NCBI GenBank assembly: GCA_031414775.1
Contig: JANOQI010000016.1
Span: 64,001 to 128,000, forward strand
Source of the DNA: Synechococcales cyanobacterium VAR_4_metabat_354
GTDB taxonomy: Bacteria > Cyanobacteriota > Cyanobacteriia > Cyanobacteriales > Chamaesiphonaceae
Reading direction: 5' to 3'
Length of the DNA: 64,000 nt
Part shown: one piece after another, positions 27,050 to 38,077 of the stretch
Position numbering within the stretch: position 1 is the first letter of the stretch
Layout: every line of letters begins with the position of its first letter
Notes under the pieces: model-generated
What the model was told of the DNA's origin: nothing
What the model saw: the letters and a program-made list of their open reading frames with translations, nothing else
Database searches by the model: none
Translations under genes and position numbers: made by a program

Positions 27050-28651
27050 CTAAATATGACCAACAACTTGGTACACGTGGCACTGTTGAAACAGATCCAA
27101 CAAATCAGCATTAATTTTTTGCTGGGCAGCTTCCTGCTGGAGAATGGCTAAACTTTGATCGATCGATAGTCGAGCTTTATACGGTCGATCGCTAGCTGTC
27201 AGGGCATCATAAATATCAGCGATCGCCATCATCTGCGACTGAATCGGAATATCAACTGCTGTTAGCCCTTGAGGATAACCCGTACCATCCAGCTTTTCAT
27301 GGTGCGAGCGGGCAATCTGGGGCACCCCTTGCAAGTGCTTCGTCCAGGGAATTTGTTTGAGAAAATCGTAGGTGTGAACCACATGCGATTGAATCTGTTC
27401 CCGTTCAGCCACCGTCAGACTACCTCGGGGAATCAGTAATTGCTCAATCTCCACACTGGTAATTACTGGTTGCCAATGGCCGTCTAGATCTTGGTAACTA
27501 CAAACTGCCAATTCTTGCAAATCCCGCGTAATATCTTCAATACTCTCCACAAAATCACGGCGACGCAGAACTTGCGGCTCATTCAGCTGACTAATTAAAT
27601 CCCAATGCTGCGCTAACCGGTCGAGCTTAATTTGGAGAGATTGGTCTAAAATTTGAGCCTGTTGACAATGAAGACAATTAGCCTGTGGCTGATGAACAAA
27701 ACTGCCAGTTAATAGCTGTTGATATTTCTGGTGGGCGCACTCCGTCTGCCATTGTCGCTGCATCAATAACATACGATCGCGGATGGATTGTAGTTGTTCA
27801 GGGTATAGTTTTTTTTCTTTGTGCAAAACCGACTCTGCCACGCCCACTTTGCCAAAATCATGCAACAGTGCTGCATAACGAATTTCTTGCAGCTGCGGAG
27901 CGTTAAAAAAGATCGATCGCAAACTACCCTGGCGAGCAGCGTGAGCTTCTTCCGCTAACCGGACGGTCAAGTCGGCTACCCGCTCCGAATGTCCTGCTGT
28001 GGCCGGGTCACGAGCTTCAATTACCTGCACAGAGGCACGGACAAAACCAGCGAATAGATCCTCGATACTTTCTTGCAGCTGATGACGCTCGATCGAGATC
28101 GCTGCTTGCGAAGCCAAAGCCGCAATGATTTGCTGCTCTCCTGCCGAATAAGTCTGAGTAATTGTCAAAGCATTAACAGGCGTAATGATTTGGTCGGCTT
28201 GCTGTTTACGATTGATCAGCTGCAAAACTCCAATCGTCTCACCCGCTTGGTTCTGCATTGGCAACACCAACACCGAAACAGTCCGGTAGTTAAAATCTTG
28301 ATCGAAACGTCGATCGAGCTGATAAGCTTGATCGACGCTTTGATCATAAGCATCTGAAATATTCAGGCTCTGGCCAGTACTGGCCACATAACCAGCCAAA
28401 CTATCTAGTGTCAGTGGCATCCGCGCTTCTTGAAAAGAAACTTGCGGTAAAGAAGACGTTTGCGCCGTCTTGAAAATCAATTCAGCTGGGGTGGTTGATC
28501 GATCGATCAAATAAATACTACCCGCGTCACTACAAGTAATTTCTCGACTGCTCGTCAAAATCAGGTGGAGCAGTTCATCCAGGCCATGGTTGCCAGACAG
28601 AGCACAGCCGATCGCTAGTAATTGTTCGATTATTGCGGGCGAGTCCACCAT
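27050..28651 (-). CDS. GAF + HD-GYP phosphodiesterase
   Basis: GAF domain (VLQLINRK), HSERVA, LLHDFGKVG, HHEKLDGTGYP, IADIYDALT..RPYK. Confidence 0.92.
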   Translation of the reverse strand: MVDSPAIIEQLLAIGCALSGNHGLDELLHLILTSSREITCSDAGSIYLIDRSTTPAELIFKTAQTSSLPQVSFQEARMPLTLDSLAGYVASTGQSLNISDAYDQSVDQAYQLDRRFDQDFNYRTVSVLVLPMQNQAGETIGVLQLINRKQQADQIITPVNALTITQTYSAGEQQIIAALASQAAISIERHQLQESIEDLFAGFVRASVQVIEARDPATAGHSERVADLTVRLAEEAHAARQGSLRSIFFNAPQLQEIRYAALLHDFGKVGVAESVLHKEKKLYPEQLQSIRDRMLLMQRQWQTECAHQKYQQLLTGSFVHQPQANCLHCQQAQILDQSLQIKLDRLAQHWDLISQLNEPQVLRRRDFVESIEDITRDLQELAVCSYQDLDGHWQPVITSVEIEQLLIPRGSLTVAEREQIQSHVVHTYDFLKQIPWTKHLQGVPQIARSHHEKLDGTGYPQGLTAVDIPIQSQMMAIADIYDALTASDRPYKARLSIDQSLAILQQEAAQQKINADLLDLFQQCHVYQVVGHI

Positions 28652-28664
28652 CTTGAAACCAATA

Positions 28665-28958
28665 CTAGGTATTGGAAGGAGTTTTATCGAGGGTGACTTT
28701 AATCGCTAACGCCACTAAACCAATGCTAATAATTGCAAATATCCCAGTGCCCAAGGCTGTGATGCCCGTCACTAAAGTCCGCACAGCTGTGCCAATATTC
28801 ATGGCCATAGTGCTAGTACTATGTACCGGTCTAGCTGCAAAGGTGGTTGCAATTTTGCTAGTCATCCAATACATCATCAAAGTCATGATCGCCCCGACGG
28901 AGGCTCCCAGCAAACAATTGACGGCACTAGGCAAAGGAACATTGGTTTGGTCTTTCAT
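28665..28958 (-). CDS. DUF3082-like membrane protein
   Basis: Two hydrophobic helices with MNIGTAVRTLVTG, directly downstream of ispE. Confidence 0.75.
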   Translation of the reverse strand: MKDQTNVPLPSAVNCLLGASVGAIMTLMMYWMTSKIATTFAARPVHSTSTMAMNIGTAVRTLVTGITALGTGIFAIISIGLVALAIKVTLDKTPSNT

Positions 28959-28986
28959 AGCAAGAGATTAAGTTGTTTGGACTATT

Positions 28987-29934
28987 TTAGCCTGTCGGTT
29001 CCAAGTGCACCCCCTGCGTCGAGAAACGAGTGACAAACAACTCTAATTCTGGATCGGGCAAAGCAGCACGGACTTGACTCGCGATCGACTGAGCCTGTTC
29101 TAAATCCTGAGCCAAAGCAAAGACAGTTGGGCCAGACCCAGACATCAACACCCCTAAATTATCAGTCTTCCCAAAAGCAGCGCGTAAATTAGCTACCAAC
29201 GAATATTCGGGCAATACTACTTTTTCCAGATCATTGTAGAGCAGCTGACCAATCTGGGCTAAATCTTGCTGCATAATGGCTTGCACCATCTGACCAGAAT
29301 GTACCCGCCCTGACCGGCTGCGGCGATCATCACCATGGGCATAAGTATGGGCAAACTGCTGCCGATAGGTCTGATAAGCCCAGGGAGTCGAGACACTAAT
29401 ATTACGGTATTTACCTAATACCACCGCTCCCTGACCAATAGCAGGCAAAGAATCGATCTTTTCACCCCGCCCGGTCGCGATTGCCGTGCCCCCACTAATA
29501 CAAAAAGGAACATCGGAACCTAATTCGGCTCCTAATGTTTGCAGTTCCGCCTGAGTTAAGCCTAAATTCCAGAGCAGATTCACGCCGACTAACACCGCCG
29601 CCGCATTACCGGAACCACCGGCCAAACCTGCTGCCATCGGAATGCGTTTGTGCAAAGTAATCTCGACTCCACCATGCCTCTGCCAATCTTGAGGAAAACG
29701 CTGACGCAAAAGATCTGCCGCCCGGTAAGCCAAATTGGTATGGTCTGGGGGCACATCTGGCTGGCTACAGTGCAGGATAATTTTATCCACCGCCAGCGAT
29801 CGTACTTCCACCAGATCGGCTAATTCCACACTTTGCATAATCATGGCCAGCTCGTGAAACTGGTCGGAGCGTAAGCCAATAATTTCTAGGTGCAAGTTGA
29901 TTTTGGCTGGTGCCAGGAGCTTGTAAGTAGTCAT
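28987..29934 (-). CDS. ispE: 4-diphosphocytidyl-2-C-methyl-D-erythritol kinase
   Basis: APAKINL, KRIPMAAGLAGGSGNAA, LGSDVPF, MSGSGPTVF. Confidence 0.96.
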   Translation of the reverse strand: MTTYKLLAPAKINLHLEIIGLRSDQFHELAMIMQSVELADLVEVRSLAVDKIILHCSQPDVPPDHTNLAYRAADLLRQRFPQDWQRHGGVEITLHKRIPMAAGLAGGSGNAAAVLVGVNLLWNLGLTQAELQTLGAELGSDVPFCISGGTAIATGRGEKIDSLPAIGQGAVVLGKYRNISVSTPWAYQTYRQQFAHTYAHGDDRRSRSGRVHSGQMVQAIMQQDLAQIGQLLYNDLEKVVLPEYSLVANLRAAFGKTDNLGVLMSGSGPTVFALAQDLEQAQSIASQVRAALPDPELELFVTRFSTQGVHLEPTG

Positions 29935-30746
29935 GCAATTCGGGGTAGCAAATTACTTAATTCTACCCACTGATTGACGCTCAAATCCTCAGCTCGATCG
30001 GATGGATCGGCACCTAAACCCACTAGAATCTCGCCTAATAGGTCTCGATCGATCACCGATTGCAAATTATTGCGGAGCATTTTGCGCTTGCTACTAAAGC
30101 CCAACCTAACCAAAGTATCTAACCAAGCTGGCTGCCGCGCGGTAATTGGGCTCGGACGAGGAATAATTTGAATTACTGCCGAATCTACTTTGGGCGGCGG
30201 CGAAAAGTCCCGCGCCAACACCGGACAAACCAGCACACAATCGGCCAAATATTGCACCCGGATCGTCAGGGCACCAAAGGCTTTGTTTCCCGGTTTGGCA
30301 GTGAGCCTTTGCGCCACTTCTTTTTGCACCAAAATCGTAATGCTGGTAAATGGTCGCACTGCGGGCTGGGCAATATTCCCCAGTAGCTTTTCTAGGATCG
30401 GGCCGGTGATATTGTAAGGAATATTAGCAACCACCTTAGTGGGCTGCTGAAATTCTGGCCAAGCAGCTAATTGTTGGTCTAAGTCGGTAGCGAGAAAATC
30501 ATTTTGGAGCAGCAAAAAGTTCTCATGCTTGCCCATTTTTTTGACCAGATGGGCACAGAGATCTCGATCGATCTCTACAGCCACCACGGCCTGAGCCGCT
30601 TTAATTAATCTAGTCGTCAGCACTCCCATGCCCGGACCAATCTCTAACACCCGCTCTTGGTCGCCAACAGCAGCCGCTGTCATGATCCGATCCAAGATCC
30701 GGTCATTACGCAGCCAATGTTGGCCAAACTGTTTTTTTGTTCTCAC
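29931..30746 (-). CDS. rsmA: 16S rRNA adenine dimethyltransferase
   Basis: KKQFGQHWL, LEIGPG, VANIPYNIT, QKEVA, PPPKVDSAV. Confidence 0.96.
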   Translation of the reverse strand: MRTKKQFGQHWLRNDRILDRIMTAAAVGDQERVLEIGPGMGVLTTRLIKAAQAVVAVEIDRDLCAHLVKKMGKHENFLLLQNDFLATDLDQQLAAWPEFQQPTKVVANIPYNITGPILEKLLGNIAQPAVRPFTSITILVQKEVAQRLTAKPGNKAFGALTIRVQYLADCVLVCPVLARDFSPPPKVDSAVIQIIPRPSPITARQPAWLDTLVRLGFSSKRKMLRNNLQSVIDRDLLGEILVGLGADPSDRAEDLSVNQWVELSNLLPRIA

Positions 30747-30755
30747 AGATCAAAT

Positions 30756-32105
30756 TTAGGAATTTTTGACACCGATGCCAATATATTGAAAACCAGCGTT
30801 GGTCAGCTCTACTGAGCACAAAAAATTACGACAATCGATCATGAAAGGCGATCGCATTTTTTTCGCCAGCTGGGCATAATCTAGTTGTTGGAACTCCGAC
30901 CATTCAGTCATTAAGACTAGCGCATCACTGCCAGCTACTAACAATTCAGGACTAGTCACCAGCTCCACACCTTGCAAACCGGCATGTTCTTCCACTTCGA
31001 TCGGATCATAAGCACGCACTTTAGCACCCAGATTGATCAGTGTCCGAATAATATCCAGGGAGGCAGCATCCCGCAAATCGCTGGTATCCGGCTTAAAGGT
31101 CAAGCCTAATAAACCAATTGTTTTACCTTTGAGAATTTTCAAAGATTTTTGCAGCTTTTCAATTACCAAAGCTCGTTGTTGCTTATTCACACTGACAGTC
31201 GCTTTTAGTAACTGAGCGTCATAACCATAGTCTGCCCCAGTCTGGATCAAGGCAGATAGATCTTTAGGAAAACAGGAGCCGCCCCAACCAATTCCCGCAT
31301 TCAAGAATTTATTGCCAATTCGGGAGTCTAAGCCGATTCCTTTAGAAACTTGGGTGACATCAGCACCGACTCGTTCACAGATATTAGCGATCTCGTTAAT
31401 AAAACTGATCTTGGTAGCTAAGAAAGCATTAGCCGCATATTTAATCATTTCGGCGGAACTGAGGTCGGTAGTCAACACAGGCACTGGTTTCTTTTCTTCA
31501 GCAAATTGCCGATCAATGATCGGAGCATAAAGCTTGAGCATTAGATCGATCGCCGCTTGGTTGTCACTACCCAACACAATCCGATCAGGGTTGAGAGTAT
31601 CATAAATTGCCGAGCCTTCGCGCAAGAATTCAGGATTACTCACCACATCAAACTTAACCCCTGAACTTGGTGGTGTTTTTTGTTCAGCCACGCCATCCAT
31701 CACCAGCATTTTCACCCAATCGCCAGATCCGATCGGCACCGTAGACTTATTCACGATTACTTTATAATCACCATTCAGGTGCTGACCAATACCTCTAGCT
31801 ACGGCTTCTACATATTCAGTGTTAGTCGAACCATTCGGTAAAGAAGGCGTGCCCACCGCAATAAATACGATTTCACCATGGTTCATCCCCATCGCTAAAT
31901 CAGTGGTGAATTTGAGACGACCAGCAGCGATCGCCGACTGCATAATTTCCGATAAACCCGGCTCATAAATTGGCGATTTACCCGCTTGCATCATTTCAAT
32001 TTTGGCTGGGTTGTTATCAACACACACCACATCATGACCAATATGAGCCAAGCAAGCTCCTGTCACTAAACCAACATAGCCAGTTCCGATCGTACAAACA
32101 CGCAT
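30756..32105 (-). CDS. ugd: UDP-glucose 6-dehydrogenase
   Basis: GTGYVGL, NKSTVP, SNPEFLREG, GWGGSCFPKD, FKPDTSDLR. Confidence 0.93.
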   Translation of the reverse strand: MRVCTIGTGYVGLVTGACLAHIGHDVVCVDNNPAKIEMMQAGKSPIYEPGLSEIMQSAIAAGRLKFTTDLAMGMNHGEIVFIAVGTPSLPNGSTNTEYVEAVARGIGQHLNGDYKVIVNKSTVPIGSGDWVKMLVMDGVAEQKTPPSSGVKFDVVSNPEFLREGSAIYDTLNPDRIVLGSDNQAAIDLMLKLYAPIIDRQFAEEKKPVPVLTTDLSSAEMIKYAANAFLATKISFINEIANICERVGADVTQVSKGIGLDSRIGNKFLNAGIGWGGSCFPKDLSALIQTGADYGYDAQLLKATVSVNKQQRALVIEKLQKSLKILKGKTIGLLGLTFKPDTSDLRDAASLDIIRTLINLGAKVRAYDPIEVEEHAGLQGVELVTSPELLVAGSDALVLMTEWSEFQQLDYAQLAKKMRSPFMIDCRNFLCSVELTNAGFQYIGIGVKNS

Positions 32106-32149
32106 TATGCTTTTTTTCCTAATCTTTAAAAATAAAGTCTTTCTAAAAT

Positions 32150-33100
32150 CTACTTAACCAGTGTGGGCAGCGCAGCGATCCGCTGCTTAAACTCCGCAAT
32201 TGTTTCAGTCAAGCCCACTGATAAAGGTACTATTGGATGCCAATTCAAAAGAGCCGTAGCCTTGGTAGTATCGGGTTTTCGCTGTTTGGGATCATCCTGA
32301 GGTAGGGGCTTGAAAATTATTTCTTGATTTGGATCAATTCTGTCTCTGATATTTTGAGCCAGCTGCAAGATTGTATATTCTTCCGGATTACCAATATTGA
32401 TCGGACCAGTGTGGTCACCATTCATCAATTTCATCAACCCATCTACTTGGTCAGAAACATAGCAAAAGCTACGAGTTTGCGAACCATCACCATAAACAGT
32501 CAAAGGATTTCCACGCAAAGATTGAGCAATAAAATTGCTCACCACTCGGCCATCATTTTCGAGCATCCGAGGTCCATAGGTGTTAAAAATGCGAGCCACC
32601 CGAATTTCCAGACTGTGCTCCCGGTGGTAATCAAAACTGAGGGTTTCAGCAATCCGTTTACCCTCGTCATAACAGGATCTAATGCCGATGGTGTTGACAT
32701 TACCCCAATATTCTTCCGGCTGCGGATGGACGGTAGGATCACCGTAGACCTCCGAAGTAGAAGCCAGCAAAAACCGGGCTTTAACCCGCTTAGCTAAGCC
32801 GAGCATATTAGATGTTCCTAAAAAACTCACTTTAGTAGTTTTGATCGGATTGTATTGGTAGTGAACCGGTGAGGCAGGGCAAGCTAAATGGTAAATTTGA
32901 TCCACTTCTAGTCGAATTGGCTCTGTAATATCATGACGAATCAATTCAAAATTGGAATGACCCATCCAGTGAGAGATATTTCGCTTGGTACCCGTATAAA
33001 AGTTATCCAGGCAAATGACTTCATTAGTCTGATCCTTCATTAGGCAATCGATTAGATGCGACCCAATAAAACCCGCTCCACCTGTCACTAAAATCTTCAT
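32150..33100 (-). CDS. UDP-glucuronate decarboxylase (UDP-xylose synthase)
   Basis: [45 protein letters not shown]. Confidence 0.92.
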   Translation of the reverse strand: MKILVTGGAGFIGSHLIDCLMKDQTNEVICLDNFYTGTKRNISHWMGHSNFELIRHDITEPIRLEVDQIYHLACPASPVHYQYNPIKTTKVSFLGTSNMLGLAKRVKARFLLASTSEVYGDPTVHPQPEEYWGNVNTIGIRSCYDEGKRIAETLSFDYHREHSLEIRVARIFNTYGPRMLENDGRVVSNFIAQSLRGNPLTVYGDGSQTRSFCYVSDQVDGLMKLMNGDHTGPINIGNPEEYTILQLAQNIRDRIDPNQEIIFKPLPQDDPKQRKPDTTKATALLNWHPIVPLSVGLTETIAEFKQRIAALPTLVK

Positions 33101-33221
33101 AAAAGTATACGTAGTTTTTTGTTAATCAATCATACCAGTTGAAAACAGCCTTTCTACCAGTTATTTGATCGAGGGCATTGCCAGTGGCAACACCCTCCCA
33201 GCAATTAAGCCAAAAAATATC

Positions 33222-34247
33222 TTATTTAGCCCAGAAAAAATCTTGGTCAATTTGTTGAGTACGAATCAGATATTCCAACTGCTTGAGGCGAGTAAAACCT
33301 TTGTCGGTAAAAGTGTCTTCCTTCATGTCAATTTTTTGAAACACATCAAATAGTTGCTTAGCACCGCGTTCAGCATTCCAATCACATTTGAAGCCAGGTA
33401 ATACAGTATTAATCTTCTCAAATGAAACACGATAACTACGATTATCAGCGCCACTATCGCCAAAGCTCAACTTGCAACCAGTGAAAACACTAGCAACAAT
33501 CTCCGCAACTTCTTTCACCCGGTAATTATTAGCAGTATCACCAACGTTAAAAATTTGGTTATGAACAACATCGCGGGGTGCTTCCAAAGCGCAGACAATT
33601 GCTTTGCAAATATCGAGGGCATGAGCCAACGGCCGCCAAGGGGTGCCATCGCTGGTCATTTTGATTTCATTAGTTGTCCAAGCCAGTCCGGATAAATTGT
33701 TTAGGACAATATCAAACCGCATCCGAGGAGAAGCACCAAAGGCCGTAGCATTACGCATAAAAGTCGGCGAAAAATTATCAGAAGCCATCGGTTGCAAATC
33801 ACGTTCGACGAGAGTTTTGCACTCAGCGTAAGCTGTTTGCGGATTAACCGGCGATTCCTCCGTGACATCTCCAGCAGTAGCCACACCATAAACGCTACAA
33901 GAAGACATATAGACAAAACGGCTAACCCCAGCTTCCTTAGCTAACTGAGCCAGCCGCACCGAGCCTTTGTGGTTAATATCGTAGGTGATAGTTGGAGATA
34001 GCTGACCAGCCGGATCATTAGAAAGCTCGGCCATATGGACAACCGCGTCTACACCTTGCAAATCTTCTGGGGAAATATGGCGAATATCTTTGGTTAGAGT
34101 TTTAGCCGTAACTGACGTGCCATTGTATAGCCAACCGACTTTGTAATAGCCAGTATCTACGCCCAAAACTTCGTGGCCAAGCTCCATGAGCAAAGGGGGT
34201 AATAAGGAACCTAAATATCCTTCTGTGCCTGTTACAAGTACTTTCAT
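33222..34247 (-). CDS. NAD-dependent NDP-sugar epimerase/dehydratase (SDR)
   Basis: VTGTEGYLG, ELSNDP, SSCSVYG, YAECK, RNATAFG.SPRMRFD. Confidence 0.9.
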   Translation of the reverse strand: MKVLVTGTEGYLGSLLPPLLMELGHEVLGVDTGYYKVGWLYNGTSVTAKTLTKDIRHISPEDLQGVDAVVHMAELSNDPAGQLSPTITYDINHKGSVRLAQLAKEAGVSRFVYMSSCSVYGVATAGDVTEESPVNPQTAYAECKTLVERDLQPMASDNFSPTFMRNATAFGASPRMRFDIVLNNLSGLAWTTNEIKMTSDGTPWRPLAHALDICKAIVCALEAPRDVVHNQIFNVGDTANNYRVKEVAEIVASVFTGCKLSFGDSGADNRSYRVSFEKINTVLPGFKCDWNAERGAKQLFDVFQKIDMKEDTFTDKGFTRLKQLEYLIRTQQIDQDFFWAK

Positions 34248-34276
34248 AGTTTAATCCTTCAAGTAGTGGTTAATAA

Positions 34277-35491
34277 TTAGGAGTTGATCGAAGTGGCCAA
34301 ATGGGACTGCTCTGGGATTTTAGCTACAATAGCTTTACCGATCTCTAATGATGATGTAGCTGCTGGGGAAGGCGCATTACAAACATTGACACAATTCTGA
34401 CCAGAAACAATCAAAAAGTCATCTACTAGTTTGCCATCATTCATTAAGGCTTGCGCTCTGACCCCAGCATGACAAGGCACCAGATCGGCGGCTTGTACTT
34501 CTGGAATCAATTGCTGCAAACTGCGGACAAAAGCAGCTTTGCTGAAAGAACGAATAATTTCCTGGATACCTTCATCCGCGTGCTTAGCGGCTAGTTTCCA
34601 GAAACCTGGATAAGTCATGACTTCGGCAAAGTCTCGCAAGTCAAAATCAGTCTTTTTATAGCCTTCCCGCTTGAGGCTCAACACAGCGTTGGGGCCAGCG
34701 TGCACACTATGATCAATCATGCGCGTAAAATGTACGCCCAAGAAAGGAAAATCTGGATTGGGAACCGGATAGATCAGAGTTTTCACTAAATGCCGCTTCT
34801 CAGGAATTAGTTCGTAATACTCGCCCCGAAAAGGAATAATTTTAGCTTGGGGATCAACATTATTGAGCTTAGCCACCCGATCGCTATGCAAGCCAGCACA
34901 ATTAATCACAAAGCGAGTTTCAAAAGTACCATTGTTCGTCTCAATGACCTGATTAATAGCACTGTGTACAATACGCAAAACCTTGGTATTGAGTTGTAAT
35001 TCCCCGCCTTGCTGCTGAATCAGTTCCGCATATTTGAGACAAACTTGTTTGTAATTGGCGATGCCCGTGGCATGAACACGCACACCAGCGACACAACGAA
35101 CGTGGGGTTCCACTTCCTTTACTTCTTCGGCAGTAATTCGCTGCACTTGAATCCCATTCTCTACGCCGCGCTGGTAGATGTTGTCGAGCCGCTGCACTTC
35201 GCTCTCGTCTACGGCTACGATTACCTTGCCACAAACATCATGATCGATGTTGTGCTCTTGGCAAAACTCCACCATCGAGGTCGCCCCATCCCGACAAAAT
35301 TTAGCTTTAAAACTCCCCGGTTTGTAGTAAATACCAGAGTGAATCACGCCGCTATTATGGCCAGTCTGATGAGCCGCCCAATTACTCTCTTTTTCTAACA
35401 CTACAATCTGCGCGTTAGGATAGCGCTTACCTAGTGCCATTGCAGTGGAAAGGCCAACAATCCCGCCACCGATGATCGCAAAATCATACAT
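34277..35491 (-). CDS. lhgO: L-2-hydroxyglutarate oxidase-like FAD oxidoreductase
   Basis: IGGGIVGL, HQTGHNSGVIHSGIYY, PFRGEYY, PFLGVHFT, GVRAQA, NAPSPAATSSLEIG. Confidence 0.88.
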   Translation of the reverse strand: MYDFAIIGGGIVGLSTAMALGKRYPNAQIVVLEKESNWAAHQTGHNSGVIHSGIYYKPGSFKAKFCRDGATSMVEFCQEHNIDHDVCGKVIVAVDESEVQRLDNIYQRGVENGIQVQRITAEEVKEVEPHVRCVAGVRVHATGIANYKQVCLKYAELIQQQGGELQLNTKVLRIVHSAINQVIETNNGTFETRFVINCAGLHSDRVAKLNNVDPQAKIIPFRGEYYELIPEKRHLVKTLIYPVPNPDFPFLGVHFTRMIDHSVHAGPNAVLSLKREGYKKTDFDLRDFAEVMTYPGFWKLAAKHADEGIQEIIRSFSKAAFVRSLQQLIPEVQAADLVPCHAGVRAQALMNDGKLVDDFLIVSGQNCVNVCNAPSPAATSSLEIGKAIVAKIPEQSHLATSINS

Positions 35492-35547
35492 TCAACATTA
35501 ACTCCATAACTATCTACCAAACCCCAAATCAGCCTAAGAATATCTAG

Positions 35548-36852
35548 CTAAGCTAGTACCTTAGCAGGAGCAAAATAAGCGTTCTGCTCGGCTCGTAATT
35601 TGTCACAGAGTCGGCCAGCGGGTAATTCAACATCTTCGTAGGTTAGAACTTGATCCTTAGCAATATCTTGTTTCAGACGGCAGCCTTCCGCCAAGCCCAT
35701 CGGCAACAAATTCTGTTCCTGGGCAATGCCAGCATTTTCACATTGGCCATAAGTCATGTAATAACCAATCCCATCCAAGGTTTCCCCAGCTTTAAGATTA
35801 ATTTTGGCAGTGGTCACTACTTCTACGCGCGGCGCACCCAAAGGAGCCAAGACCGCATCTTGGAACAACACGGCTCGTGCCACCGATAACGGCACTTCAA
35901 AGTGGCAAAGATGGTAAGGCGTATAGAAACTATAGAGTGGGCCTTCGCCTAGTTTGTACAAGTTCAGATAGTGTTGTTGCTTGGGATCATCGTGGGTGGC
36001 AAACACAAATACACCGGGACCGGGCTTAGTACCAACCACATAGTCCACAATTCCTCCCAAGGATTTGAGCTGCTCCACATCGTACATAGAGGTCATTTCA
36101 TCAACATGTCCCCGAAAATCGTAGCCCAGCATTCCCCTTTTAGCCACTTGCATCCCGGTAGCATTAGCCACAATCGCTTGCTCAAAAGAAATTTTGGTGC
36201 CATCAGCAAAGCTAGTTACCATGTGCGCCTGTTGGCCCCACTGTTTAGCAAAAGCTTCCTGGGTAGTGGGATTGCGATAGGGGTCTTGGAGGCCTTTAAT
36301 GTTACCGCACAGTAAGGGGGTGAGACCAATACTCTTCACAAACCGATAGAGATTCATCTCCACGCCGGGTTGGTCGCCATCACAAGCAGAAAGAATCACG
36401 CCTGCCCGATCGGCATGAACCTTGAGAATGGCACCGATTGTCCCATCCAATTCAGCATTCATCATGATGACGTGTTTGTGATGATCGATCGCTTCCAACA
36501 CGACCTGCGCCCCAAATTCTACCGCGCCAGTCACTTCAATGATGGCCTCAATCCCTTCCGCCCGACACAACAACAAGGCATCTTCACAGATGGCATAATG
36601 ACCACTGGCGATCGAACTCTCCAACTCAGCAACGGTAGAGACAACCTTAATGTCTTCAATGCCAGCTTCGGTATAAGCCCGCCGCGCCGCTTCCGGATTC
36701 CGGTTGAAAATAGCTACTAGCTCCATCCCCGGCACTGAGTTAGCAATTTGATTAGCAATACCCCGCCCCATAAATCCAGCACCAATCATCGCCACCTTTA
36801 CTGGTTTCCCAGCTTCTGCCCGAGTTTGTAATGCCTTATCAATAATAATCAT
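35548..36852 (-). CDS. NAD(P)-dependent oxidoreductase with C-terminal SAF domain
   Basis: IGAGFMG, MMNAELDGT, DGDQPG, SFADGTK, PYHLCHFE, and SAF motifs (AGETLDGIG, LPMGLAEG). Confidence 0.88.
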   Translation of the reverse strand: MIIIDKALQTRAEAGKPVKVAMIGAGFMGRGIANQIANSVPGMELVAIFNRNPEAARRAYTEAGIEDIKVVSTVAELESSIASGHYAICEDALLLCRAEGIEAIIEVTGAVEFGAQVVLEAIDHHKHVIMMNAELDGTIGAILKVHADRAGVILSACDGDQPGVEMNLYRFVKSIGLTPLLCGNIKGLQDPYRNPTTQEAFAKQWGQQAHMVTSFADGTKISFEQAIVANATGMQVAKRGMLGYDFRGHVDEMTSMYDVEQLKSLGGIVDYVVGTKPGPGVFVFATHDDPKQQHYLNLYKLGEGPLYSFYTPYHLCHFEVPLSVARAVLFQDAVLAPLGAPRVEVVTTAKINLKAGETLDGIGYYMTYGQCENAGIAQEQNLLPMGLAEGCRLKQDIAKDQVLTYEDVELPAGRLCDKLRAEQNAYFAPAKVLA

Positions 36853-36893
36853 GTTGTAGTTCCTACCAAGTTGGATGAGATTTAAGCGGGGTT

Positions 36894-37421
36894 CTAGACC
36901 AGCAACGGCCAGGCGGCATCTTTTTCAGAGATTTCAGTCACGGCTATCGGCCACTCGATCGCGAAAGCGGGATCTTGATGATGAATACCTCTTTCGTAGC
37001 CCGGTGTATAAAATTCACCCACTTGATACACTACTTCCGCACCATCAGTGAGAGCTTGATAGCCATGGGCAAACATTTCTGGAATATATAGCGCTCGCCG
37101 ATTTTCAGCAGTTAGTTCCACTCCAAAGTGAGCTAGGTAAGTGGGTGATTCTGGACGCATGTCAATAATTACGTCATAGATTGCACCTTGAGTACAACGC
37201 ACTAATTTGGTCTCAGCTGCTGGCAATACTTGGTAATGCATCCCCCGCAGGGTTCCTTTTTTGTGGTTGAAAGATAAATTGCATTGAGCCACCGTAGGCT
37301 TTAAACCATGTTTTTCAAATTCTTCAGCACAAAAAGTCCGGGCAAAAGAACCCCGATGATCAGGCTTTAGTTCTAAATCAATAATATAAGCGCCAGATAG
37401 CGTAGTTTCAGTGAAGAGCAT
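36894..37421 (-). CDS. rfbC: NDP-4-keto-sugar 3,5-epimerase (RfbC/RmlC family)
   Basis: DHRGSFAR, GTLRGMHYQ, KLVRC..GAIYDVIIDMRP.SPT, FAHGYQ, SEKD. Confidence 0.9.
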   Translation of the reverse strand: MLFTETTLSGAYIIDLELKPDHRGSFARTFCAEEFEKHGLKPTVAQCNLSFNHKKGTLRGMHYQVLPAAETKLVRCTQGAIYDVIIDMRPESPTYLAHFGVELTAENRRALYIPEMFAHGYQALTDGAEVVYQVGEFYTPGYERGIHHQDPAFAIEWPIAVTEISEKDAAWPLLV

Positions 37422-37549
37422 TAATAACCTCAAGTATCAAGTTTTACTGGTACCCATAACAATTGTGGGTGAAAATTTAGGCAAGGTTCAAAGGGAAGAT
37501 AACAGTAGGGGCGCGATTTTAAGGTGTGTAGTGGCAAACAACTATTAAT

Positions 37550-38077
37550 TTAATTAGGAGGTGGCATTTTAGTTTCTCTCTTGTTTGAGTAAACCCCAAG
37601 AGTACATCTCCAGTCACCAAAAGGACTTTTGTAACATGCTCCCACGCTCTTGGGCACACGACTAACAATGCAATTTCGACCACGCTCATAAACACCACCA
37701 AGGAGGTTAAAACAGGAATATGCGATGACGCTACCCCTGATGTTATAGATGGGCTTATCGCTATCTATAGTACTCCCATATTTTTGGACATCAACAAGAC
37801 CAACCTGACGAGGCTTTGGATCAACTTGAAGATTGAGAATGTCAATAAAATATGCTGTGCCACCCATCTTAACTTTACGATCTCCTTCAGCTTCGCAGGC
37901 AACATAGATTGCGGCCTGTTTGGCACTGATGGAACCTGTACTTGGTTCCGATTTGGATGCACAAGTTCTAGGTTGACGGTTAGTTCCAAAATCTCTAGTT
38001 TGAGCATTTATGATACTAGGAGACATCAATGGCACAAGCGTACAGCCGATCATTCCAATAATTAGTTTTGATTTCAT
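37550..38077 (-). CDS. hypothetical secreted cysteine-containing protein
   Basis: 175-aa ORF with an N-terminal signal-like segment (...IINA/QT) and six Cys in the mature part. Confidence 0.65.
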   Translation of the reverse strand: MKSKLIIGMIGCTLVPLMSPSIINAQTRDFGTNRQPRTCASKSEPSTGSISAKQAAIYVACEAEGDRKVKMGGTAYFIDILNLQVDPKPRQVGLVDVQKYGSTIDSDKPIYNIRGSVIAYSCFNLLGGVYERGRNCIVSRVPKSVGACYKSPFGDWRCTLGVYSNKRETKMPPPN

